Shown: positions 53,731 to 64,000 of the stretch, one piece after another | Position numbering within the stretch: position 1 is the first letter of the stretch | Layout: the number at the start of each line of letters is the position of its first letter | Assembly (NCBI GenBank): GCA_951406725.2 | Contig: OX597834.1 | Coordinates: 41,044,001 to 41,108,000 of the forward strand | Length of the DNA: 64,000 nt | Direction: 5' to 3' | From: Octopus vulgaris | Taxonomy: Eukaryota | The notes under the pieces: model-generated | Databases searched by the model: none | The model's input: the letters and a program-made list of their open reading frames with translations, nothing else | What the model was told of the DNA's origin: nothing | Made by a program: the position numbers and the translations under genes

Positions 53731-55060
53731 TGATAAGTTTTATTTAATAGTCAATACAGCATACTTCAAAGTATGGTCTACAATAAAAACAGACAAGATG
53801 GCAAGAGTTAATGATGAGCAGTGAAACATCTTATGAGGACAAACTTTAGATACAAACACAAATCATGCTGTTTATGACATTCACCCCTCCTATGAGGAAG
53901 AGAATGGATCACACATAAAAAGAAGAAACATTTCACAACACATGTTCAAACAGTTTTGTTGTTTGTTCAAGGGTGTTAAAGTTTCTTAACCTTCAGAACA
54001 ATGGGACTGTTGGGGGTTTAGGATTCTCTATTACACAAGTTGTAAGGTCTGGTTCTGATAAAGGAAGTGTGGCAATGGTGTACTAGTGGAATGGTTAAGG
54101 TTATTATTGGAGTTGGAAGATTCCTTTTGGTCAGTATTGTAGTCAACAGAAGACTGCACATCATGTGCTTCATCGGGTGGTGCACGTATGTCTTGGGTGT
54201 TGATCGACAGCTCCCTCCACAAAAGGAGAATGTTCACAGGTGTTAGTAAGCCTTGCTTGAGGGGCACTCCTGTCTTTCAGCAGGTGCAGCTAGTCCAGGG
54301 GCTGCTGTGAGATAGGGTCTGGCTTTTGAACGTAAAGGTCTGCTGCATCCTTGCCTTTGGGTGGAGCCAGCTGACTTAGAGACACTGTAGTTTCTTTCCC
54401 ATCCTGCAGTTTAACATGAGCATAGAGTGGATTGGAGTCCAGTAACTCCACTTTATCCACCGGCAGTTCATATTTGGAAGTTTCATCAGAACAGGACCCG
54501 GTGACAGAAGCCAACTGGGAAGAGCTGTACATTTACGGTTATATCAGAAAAGTCTTTCATGAGGCGTTTCATTGGTCACTGTACACAGGAGAGACCTGAC
54601 TGCATGCAGAGAATTTTGCAGAACCCGTTCCCACTGAGTGATTGCCAATCCTATTGTCTTCAGAGCCAGGGTTACATTGAGGCGTTCAACCTGACCCTTT
54701 CCCCTGGGGTTATATGCTGTAGTTCTACTTGTAGCAATTCCCTTGCTATGTAAAAACCCTTTCAGTTCATTAGACATGAAACTTGTCCCCCTGTTAGAAT
54801 GAATGTAGGAGGGCATGCCAGGGAGGGAGAAAATTTTACAAAAGCACTTTTTGATAGTTGAAGCACTCATGTCGGGACAAGGGCAGGCAAAAGGGAAGCT
54901 CAGGTATTCATCAATGGCAGTAAGAAGATACTTGTTGTGGGAATTAGAAGGCAAAGGTCCTTTGTAATCAACACTGATTCTCTGAAAAGGTTGTGTTGCT
55001 TTAATAAAATGGGAGTGAGAATGTTGGTGGAAAGAAGGTTTGAGTTCACAGCAGACATTA
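53731..55060 (-). mobile_element. Ty3/Gypsy integrase, PPT and probable 3' LTR
   Basis: PFQRISVDYKGPLPS...YLLTAIDEY...IHSNRGTSF...AYNPRGKGQVERLN (second D mutated to N). Minus-strand PPT ggaggggtgaa is followed by TG at 53879, then AATAAA and CA at 53731. Confidence 0.85.
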
Positions 55061-55099
55061 CGTCAGAGCTGATTTAGATGTAGCCATGTTCCACTATAT

Positions 55100-57450
55100 C
55101 ATGAAATCTTAAATAAGTAGTGATGTGTTTGTGTCTCTGGTCTACAGAAATAAAGACATTCCTTTATTATGTTATCAGTTCCTTGAAATAACTGTTGTTG
55201 AGGCAAATAATAACATATTTTCGGTCATTAAAGACTGATTTGTCTCTTTCTACAATATGTCCAAGTCTAACTGGATTAGCAATAAAATACTCAGTCATTA
55301 TATCACATAATTTTGCCAATTAACCATAGCTAATCCACATTCATGTGTCAAGTTTTTAGATGATGCAAATCCATATGGCTGCAGGCATTATTTCTTCAAA
55401 TTTCAATTTCCTGGTCTCAAAGAATGTCTTCTTTGTCATAATTATTTCTTTGTGACAGTCATTTCAATTCTGTCACCAACTTCTAATCATTCTCATGATG
55501 GTTATAACAAAGTGCCCCTTGGGGTGGTAGGAACTGGTTGTTTGATGGCAAAAGAGTTATACATAACTTAAGGGAATTGAGGGTCAGTGTAAATGATGAG
55601 AGTCTCTGGTTGTCTGCTTTTTGCTTTGTCACCTTTCATGTTGCTATAACGGTCGACAGTTCATAAATATTGTCTTGCCATTGTAACGAGTCCACTGAAA
55701 GGATTTTCCATACCTTGGGTCATCAGTGTTACTCTTTGTTAGGCATGGAGCTCATTTGACATGTTTCGAGGCTTCTTGATCCTCAATCTCAACAGACATT
55801 ATTGACCCAGTACACATTCTCTAGCTCTGTTTAGGTAGGTTTGCAAACCCTGCTGCAGACTGTAGATCGAATTTCATTATTTCTCACATGGCTCAAAGTG
55901 CCACATGCCACAGCTATCTTATTCCAGTACAGAATACCAGAATATACAGACATAGTGTTTCTGAGATTATCTATTTTCTCTCATCTGTATACCATAATCC
56001 TGGTAATATGTGGTTTACACTACATCTTGTCCAATGTATTGATGCTGACTTGTGACTGAGCTTCATCCCTAAACAATTAAGCTTGGTATGTCTTGATAAG
56101 TGTTGCTTACAACCAAGCTTAGGGAACGCCCTAATATCATAATATTTTAATTACCACTGTATATTTTGCAAACACTTAAGTATCTCATTCAAGGCTTCTG
56201 CATTATCTCCCTAATAGGTTTGTGACTTGAATATATCTCAAAGTATATTGGTGGAACCTCTCCTGTAGCATACCATGTCTATACATCCCTCAGAGCCATG
56301 TGGCTGCCCTTTTGCTTTTGTTGAAATGCTGCTCTGAATCCGCCGTCAGTTGTACTTCATGAGGGACCGTTTGGGTTGTAATTGCGTAAAATAACTGGTT
56401 CAACAGTTTACAGCTAGTAATACAACATTTAGTTATTTCCTCCATGTCCATTGGTTACCTTTTGTCATTCTTCCAAGACACTGGTCTTTGAGCAATTTCA
56501 GCTTTTGTCATGACATGTTAAAATTTCGGTATCTGTCAATGCTTTTCCAATTTATGACATTGTTGTCAGCAACACATCACTCCTACCAAAGCTCACTGTA
56601 GTTTTTACTGAAACGTTACTGATGATACATCCAATTTAAAGAATAGACAAGGTCATTTGAATTGTCTATAGGACCTTTGTGATATAGTAAACTCTGTTAC
56701 TTGAATATGCCAATACTCTGGGCATAATTTATCAGGGTAAAATACTCTTGCATCTTAAGGATAGGCATCCTTTATAATTGCTACAAAATAAAATTCGTAT
56801 TTCAGATCTAAGTTCTGAACTTTGAAGTTCATGTATACTCTTAGCTTGCCATGAGTTCATTTCTGTAGTTCGGCCTTCATGTCAGCTTCCAGAATAATTG
56901 GAACATGATGGGCTGAGCTACATTGTCTGTCTCTAGTTTCTGTATTCCTGCTATTGTACCCACACCATCCTTGAATACTTTTTTGTTTATACTACTTGGG
57001 CTGCAGTTTTCAGCCTGGTTAATAACTATAAATTCACAATGGTGTGCAACAATGAGATCCATAATGCAGACTAGATTGGAATGGACAATGTGGAACTACT
57101 TGGTGTTGTCGTCCATTTGTTGGATCAATCCTCTTCCCTTTGGCCCTACCAAATGGTTCCTCTTTTATCTTGGATCATGATTGAAGTACCGTGGAAGGCA
57201 GTTCTAAAGGTGTACCTTCAGGCAATTGATTTTGGCCTACAATACTTAATTTCTGGTCTGCTTTTAGCTTGCTTGCTTGTCTGCAATACTGCTGACTTGT
57301 ACTTCCTGAGGGACTGTTTGGGTCATAATTGTGTAAAATAACTGATTCAACAGTTCTTTTCAAAATTATTTTAAGTCTTCAAAAGTTTACAGCTTGTAAT
57401 ACAACACTTAGTTATTTTCTCCATGTCCGTTGTTACCTGATGTACACCCT
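55100..57450 (-). mobile_element. Older Ty3/Gypsy pol relic (RT-RNase H-integrase)
   Basis: Decayed motifs GKLRVYMNFK, VILRNYNPN and VILHNYDPN (RNase H entry, present twice), LNRAREC, QYL*TVDRYSN, YTDPQF and TTSSYHP. Confidence 0.65.
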
Positions 57451-57989
57451 CTTGCTGTGTTTTCTTCTGGAACCTTTTAACCCATTGTTTTCTTCAGCAA
57501 GTTTTTATGACTGCCTCAGTGGCTGGTCTATCAGTGCTAATAACTTGTATCTAGTATAAATACAAGCAATGCCTCAAAAAACTTGGTTGTACCACAGTTA
57601 ACAGGGGAAAGCACAAGTTTTTTTGCCAGGTCTCCAACTTCCACCATGAATGTATAAAAGATTTTGCTATAATTTTGGCTGGCAATATCTAACACAAACT
57701 CATGTTTTTCTTTTCTTTATAATTGTGGAGTGTGATTTGGTATATTATAATACCAAATAATTCCTCAGTGGTAGCTATGGCTGGGTTACTGGTTTCAACC
57801 ACCTTCACTGCTGACTTTTTTGTTATATACAGCAGTACAGTATGATAATTCTTCGTCTGTAGCTTTGACACTGTTGTAAAAGTGTTCCATTGCTACTCAA
57901 ATATTTTTGGAAGATTCCTTGTCATTATACATATTGGTGGACTTGAGATTGTTAATTTTGTTCAAGAATTGTGTGTTATAACATTTACT

Positions 57990-58400
57990 TCAATATCTGT
58001 GGTAAACGATTCTCTGCTGGGAGTGTCTTAACATACAAGTTGATTCATATTGGAAAAGGATCATATTGCTGTGATATCTGTGGTAAATCATTATCTGAAA
58101 GAAGTAATTGAATTACTTTACCTATAACGAGAGAGCAACCATATTGCTGTGATATCTGTGGTAAATCATTCTCTTGAAATAGTGACTTAACAAACAAACA
58201 TAAAAGCTATGTTATGAACAAGTCACTTCACTATACGTGTATATATTTATGCAAAAGAGTAACCATATCGATACCAAAGGTCATTCTTTGCCAAGAAAAT
58301 ATCTTGTATATCCATTGATGTATTCATACAGCAAAGTAGATATAACAGTGAGCTAACAAACTCTTCATACCATTGTGATCATTTTGGAAAAGCACTTTAT
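57990..58400 (+). pseudogene. Decayed C2H2 zinc-finger array
   Basis: Repeated tgtgatatctgtggtaaatcatt (CDICGKS) with stops and frameshifts; same codons as the intact gene at 63256. Confidence 0.8.
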
Positions 58401-58910
58401 CAGAATACTCATATTCTCTGTAACATGTTTCCAGGAGGGAGGAAATATACTCTTGATTTATTTGATAATGGGATAACCACTATAGTTATGTTAAAAGGAG
58501 TCCTCATATGCCATAAGATACACCTATGTTATATTCTGGTTTAAATTTCATTATGCATGTATTCCATTGTCTTTTCTTTGGAAGCACACGGTCTAAGTAC
58601 TTGGACGTGTTTCCAGCAAATGCCTGAGGATCAGTTATTTCTTCAGATAAGCCAATGACAATTACTTTATGTGCTCCAGTTCCAGCAGCTTTCTCAGTGC
58701 CCCTATATTCAAGAAGGTTTCATATCCCCTCAAAGAATATCGATGCAATTTGTCTAATTTCATCCCTTATGGCATGATTCCCTCGTGACTAAGGGGAAGG
58801 TGAATGGGTGGTGTAGCTTAGGAATCATCGCCATCACCCCCAAGCCCCTCTGCTTCACCCAGCATTGGCAAATTCTTTATTTATTGGGGGAACTGTTCTT
58901 CTGTCACTCA

Positions 58911-59180
<270 letters not shown>

Positions 59181-59596
59181 TCATCCTTTAGGATTCAACA
59201 AAATAAAGGACCAGTCTAAAAATGTGGGTTGACAGGGTTGGTGTCAAGCATAAATGCATTGTAGCATTTAATTATGGTTTGATACTTTAAGTTTAACTCC
59301 CGACCGAGGTCAACTTTGCCTTTTGGCCTTCTGGGATCAATAAAGTCAATGTAATTGACTGATCCTTTCCCTGAAATTTCTGACCCTGCGTCTAATTTTG
59401 AAAGACTGATTAAAAATTATGTTTTATTGAATAATAAAAATATGTTTTTGAAATAATTTGAGTTAATTGCTTTTTTATTGACGTTGATGATTGTTCTTCA
59501 TTTTACATGCAAAATTTAGGAAAACTAATAGAATCAACTTTTCCAGAGTATTAAAAATATTAACCATTTGCTTGTCCTGTATATACCACATGTGGT

Positions 59597-59865
59597 ACAT
59601 CATCATCATCATTGTTTAATGACTGTTTTCCATGCTAGTACGGGTTGGACGGTTCGACCGGGATCTGGGAAGCCAGGGGCTGAACCAGGCTCCAGTCTGA
59701 TCTGGCAGTGTTTCTACAGCTGGATGTCCTTCCTAACGCCAACCTCTCCATGAGTGTAGTGGGTACTTTTCACGTGCCACCAGCACGGAAGCCAGTCACA
59801 GCGGCACTGGCATCAGCCACGTTCGGATGGTGCTTTTTACATGCCACCGGCACAGGGATCACAGC
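59597..59865 (-). mobile_element. (ATG)n-tailed SINE / RTE-tail copy
   Basis: Family core. Confidence 0.75.
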
Positions 59866-60574
59866 TACATATGCATTAACAGATCATAATCATCATCACT
59901 CTTACTTTCCTTGCTGGCATAGTTTGGGCGTTTTCACAGAATCCAACATGTTGGAGGTCTATGTCCTTCTCCATGGTCTTGGCTTTTTACAGAATGCAGC
60001 TGGTACTTAATTTGTGACCCCAACACCAGGGAGGTCACCCTATAAAGACTAAAGTTGTGAGGGAAAAGAGAAAAGTTGTTTTTTGTGAGTTGCTGAGAAG
60101 TGAACGTATGATGGGAGGCACAAGTACAGGTTTATTTTGGGGGAGAAGATTCATGGGTCCCTCGCACTTTACATGGGTGGTAAGGAGTGATTGAAGTGTA
60201 CTCTGGATGTTATGTTAACGTCTATTTTGCTATGCTTACATGGGCCACACGGAGTTTGTGGTAGATTATTGTATGGCCAGATGCCCTTATCTGTTTCCAG
60301 ACAAAGTAATATTTCCCCCTGGCCAGGCTTGTTTTTTTGGAAGACTGAAAACAAACAACTTTTTGAGTACAGTATACTCAAAGTAAATACTACTAAGTTT
60401 GAAATATATACTGCAGTATACTTTTTCAAATTTAGATGGTATCAAAGAAAATAGTATTATTTTACTTTGTGCTGTGACCTATTTGAGACAGAGGATGATA
60501 TTGTCATTGTTTAAGATGGGAATCTATGGTAGTACCAGTATGCCAAAAATGTACTGTATCAAGCAATTACTTTA

Positions 60575-60715
60575 ACTAGCAGTATCACCCGGCGTTGCTT
60601 GGGTTTGTTTCGACCCTTTAAAATTGGAATTTTTGAAAAGTAAAAAATTTGCATTATGTAGCTTGTTATTCTCTTTAAGTGAACATTTTTCTGGTTGAAA
60701 TACACTGAAAAATGT
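60575..60715 (-). mobile_element. Helitron 3' end fragment
   Basis: Reverse of the 3' hairpin-CTAG end of 20114-20501. Confidence 0.8.
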
Positions 60716-60719
60716 TTTC

Positions 60720-61006
60720 TCTAATCTCTTGTCAAAGCTCTGAGAGCCAGACCAATGTTTTTTGCTGGCACATTCCAGGCCAGCAGTCTGAAAGAATGTC
60801 AACTGAAATCAGAGAAAGATCTGAAGCAACTTGGGCATGGCTCTTTGGAACGTCATTGCTGTGTTAGTTTGACAACAGATGTGTCGATAGTCTGTCCTTG
60901 TATAATGGACTTGAGCCAGTGGACCAGGCTGAGAGACACGACAAAAAAAGAAAAAAAGATCACTAGCTATTGTACAAGAGTACAACAAATTCATGGTGGG
61001 GGTGGG
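60720..61006 (+). mobile_element. piggyBac (PGBD-like) transposase fragment
   Basis: GTFQASSLKECQLKSEKDLKQLGHGS, GLEPVDQAERHDKK and AIVQEYNKFMVGV parallel the piggyBac motifs GTVRxNR..CPL...LKKxxRG and YNxxMGGVD. Confidence 0.7.
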
Positions 61007-61388
61007 AGCTTACAAACTACAGAATTTTCTCAAGAAAGCCAAGAGAAAAAGATGTTTCATAAACACATTCTACCAGTGTACGAAGTTTTAAAGTGTTTAG
61101 TTACTAATAAATTATGGTTAAACTAAAGCGTTAAACCCACTCAAAGAAACAAAAAAAAAAATGTGTGTAATATGTGTAAAACAACTTCCTCTAAACGAAT
61201 ATTTAAAAAATGCGCACACGCGAAAGGAAAGTGGGGGAGAGGCTTTAGTTTAACCGAAATTATTAAAAAAATCTGCCGGTCAAAACGAAAAGATCCCATT
61301 GCTTTTCACACACATCGTAATCTGACACAATGGAAAGATATTGAATCGGAGGAAATTGTTGAAATTACCAAAAATACTAAGAAATTAA

Positions 61389-61750
61389 GACGCAGGAGTG
61401 GCTGTGTGGTAAGTAGCTTGCTTACCAACCACATGGTTCCTGGTTCAGTCCCACTGCGCGGCACCTTGGGCAAGTGTCTTCTACTATAGCCTAGGGCCGA
61501 CCAAAGCCTTCTGAGTGAATTTGGTAGACGGAAACTGAAAGAAGCCCGTCGTATATATGTGTATGTGTTTGTCCCCCTAGCATTGCTTGACAACCGATGC
61601 TGGTGTGTTTATGTCCCCGTCACTTAGTGGTTCGGCAAAAGAGACCGATAGAATAAGTACTGGGCTTACAAAGAATAAGTCCCGGGGTCGATTTGCTCGA
61701 TTAAAGGCGGTGCTCCAGCATGGCCACAGTCAAATGACTGAAACAAGTTA
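61389..61750 (+). mobile_element. SINE family A
   Basis: Full-length plus-strand copy. Confidence 0.85.
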
Positions 61751-62354
61751 AAAAAAAAAAAAGAAAGTGATAGGATCCGAACTCCGTGGAAAAAAGAAGT
61801 CAAATAAAGGGAAATAATTAGCGCACCTTAAAACTAATTAATTAATTAATGTCAATCTTGTTCCTGTCGAGCACTTGTTCGTTGCTTTTTATCTGATAAC
61901 GGTAAGTTGATGGAAATTTACTTTAAGGCTGTGATAATGTTGTGTGTAAATAATTAAATAATCGAACCACGGTATTTATTGCAGAGTGGAAAAAATGTAA
62001 CACTTAGAAAAAGATTTCTACTTCCTTTGTTTAGAAACTGAAAAGTTGAGATGTTTTTAGTATTTTGTTCTACGACTTAAAAGTGAATTGGAGCTATTTT
62101 AAATGTAAAATAAGTGAGATCTTGACACTATAGTACAATGCAGTCTCTATCGATTTACTTTGCTAAATACTTTCTTTTGATATTGGCTTCTTAATCTTAT
62201 AACTTTTAATAGAAGACACTTTAATGTTATCTTGGCTAAAATCAAAATCTCACAGGAGCCAACCTTTACAAGATCGTTATTTTGTTATATTCTCTTTGGC
62301 GATCTTTCGATATTAGTAACTTATAAACCACGTGGGTTTATTTACATTTCTGAA

Positions 62355-62390
<36 letters not shown>

Positions 62391-62395
<5 letters not shown>

Positions 62396-62733
62396 AGGAG
62401 TGGCTGTGTGGTAAGTAGGTTGTTTACCAACCACACGGTTCCGGGTTCAGTCCCACTGCGTGGCACCTTAGGCAAGTGTCTTCTACTATAGCCTCGGGCC
62501 GACCAAAGCCTTGTGAGTGGATTTGGTAGACAAACACAAACATACACGCACACACACATATACATATATACGACGGGCTTCTTTCAGTTTCCGTCTACCA
62601 AATCCACTCACAAGGTTTTGGTCGGCCCGAGGCTATAGTAGAAGACACTTGCCCAAGGTGCCACGCTGTGGGACTGAACCCGGAACCATGTGGTTGGTAA
62701 ACAAGCTACTTACCACACAGCCACTCCTGCGCC
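62391..62733. mobile_element. Inverted pair of SINE family A 5' halves
   Basis: About 140-bp arms, 62391-62531 (+) and about 62593-62733 (-). Confidence 0.85.
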
Positions 62734-63255
62734 TATAATTCTGTAATTTAATTTTATGCGATTTGAAGGTCTGGAAATATGCATAGTTATCTGATATAAT
62801 TTTGATGACAAATTAAAAAGGTACACTTTATCAATATAAAAATGTAATGAAATTCCCACAATTGATTCAAGTATTCTGTATATCTTATACTGTTTCTCCT
62901 GTCATTTCAGAACATCAGCTGACATTCGCATTTAAAAGTTTTAGCAATTCAGATGTCTCAATAATATTTACGCTGCTTTAGATACTTAAGAATGCTATCG
63001 TACAGAACAAATATACCCATGTTTATATAAATTCATTTGTACAATTACGAGTATTTCCTGTGAACTTAGATTAACAGCAGAATTCCTCGACTCAACCGAC
63101 TGCGGCATGTGCTACTTGGCTCTTCTTTCAAATTAATCTTGGACAAATTTACAAAGTAGTTTTCAGCATATAGCGGAAGGAATAATTGTTTGGAGTATAA
63201 TATAAAAAAGAAAACAAGAAATATATCCCTATTTTGAGGGGAGAGAAGGAAAAAT

Positions 63256-64000
63256 ATGGAAAATGAATTCTGTGACAACAATGTTCAGAATAAAATAGAA
63301 CCTGAAACGAGTGATTTTCATGATGAAATACTGCAAAAAATAGGAAAGACATCATACAAAACATCCCATAAAAGTGTCGTATCTATTCACAAATGTATTC
63401 GTGTGGGAGAAAGAACATATCAATGTGATATCTGTGGTAAATCATTCCCTCGAAATGCAGATTTAACTAGTCACAAACGTATTCATACAGGAGAGAAGCC
63501 ATATCAATGTGATATTTGTGGTAAATCATTCTCTCATAATAGTACGTTAACTTATCATAAACGTATTCATACAAGAGAGAGACCATATCAATGTGATATC
63601 TGTGGTGAATCATTCTCTCGAAATGCATATTTAACTGTTCACAAACGTACTCACACAGGAGAGAAGCCATATCAATGTGATATTTGTGGTAAATCATTCT
63701 CTAGAAATGGATATTTAGGTATTCACAAACGTATTCATACAGGAGAGAAGCCATATCAATGTGATATCTGTGGTGAATCATTTTCTTGGGGAACTAACTT
63801 AATTAACCATAAACGTATACATACAGGAGAGAAACCATTCCAGTGTGATATCTGTGGCAGATCATTTTCCGATCCAGACAGCTTAACTGTACACAAGCGT
63901 ATTCACACAGGCAAAAGACCATGTCGCTGTGATATCTGTGGTAAATCTTTTTATGCACGTAGTGCCTTAACTACTCACAAACGCTTTCATACAGGAGAAA
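63256..64000 (+). CDS. C2H2 (Kruppel-type) zinc-finger protein, 3'-partial
   Basis: [28 protein letters not shown]... followed by 7 tandem fingers xxCDICG(K/E/R)SF...HKRxHT(G/R)(E/K)xP with no stop before the window end, so absent from the ORF track. In-frame TGA 21 nt upstream of the ATG. Confidence 0.93.
   Translation, partial: MENEFCDNNVQNKIEPETSDFHDEILQKIGKTSYKTSHKSVVSIHKCIRVGERTYQCDICGKSFPRNADLTSHKRIHTGEKPYQCDICGKSFSHNSTLTYHKRIHTRERPYQCDICGESFSRNAYLTVHKRTHTGEKPYQCDICGKSFSRNGYLGIHKRIHTGEKPYQCDICGESFSWGTNLINHKRIHTGEKPFQCDICGRSFSDPDSLTVHKRIHTGKRPCRCDICGKSFYARSALTTHKRFHTGE

Noticed and set aside
58595-58655. Minus-strand CTGAAGA...GAAACACGTC
   Set aside because: Core words are present but helices I and II do not pair; at best a decayed motif.
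61389-61470. tRNA-like sequence
   Set aside because: It is the head of a multi-copy SINE with no complete cloverleaf.
63467-63697. Minus-strand repetitive [13 protein letters not shown]...
   Set aside because: It is the antisense shadow of the zinc-finger array.

Overview
Eukaryotic, AT-rich and extremely repeat-dense DNA. The SINE families and the style of C2H2 zinc finger point to an octopus or other coleoid cephalopod (inference). Three protein-coding genes are supportable. (1) The first coding exon of a Vav-family Rho GEF (- strand, 9323-9535), with its intron 1 running off the left edge. (2) A complete three-coding-exon RABEPK (Rab9 effector with kelch motifs; + strand, 28925-35729). 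(3) An uninterrupted C2H2 zinc-finger ORF starting at 63256 and running off the right edge, preceded by decayed ZNF fragments. The rest is tRNA-derived SINEs, an (ATG)n-tailed SINE/RTE-tail family, non-autonomous Helitrons, piggyBac-like and Merlin-like MITEs, a solo LTR, relics of Gypsy, Tigger/pogo, piggyBac, CR1 and Penelope elements, and long microsatellites. Most of the ORF track is microsatellite noise. The most notable signal is a set of six minimal type-I hammerhead ribozyme motifs with palindromic or near-palindromic helix III, five with non-canonical cores (three U3-A8, two C4). Several sit in or beside long DNA foldbacks, and three cluster within about 900 bp of the last RABEPK intron. 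They most likely derive from Penelope-like elements; activity is untested. All family assignments come from manual reading and recalled motifs, not database searches.
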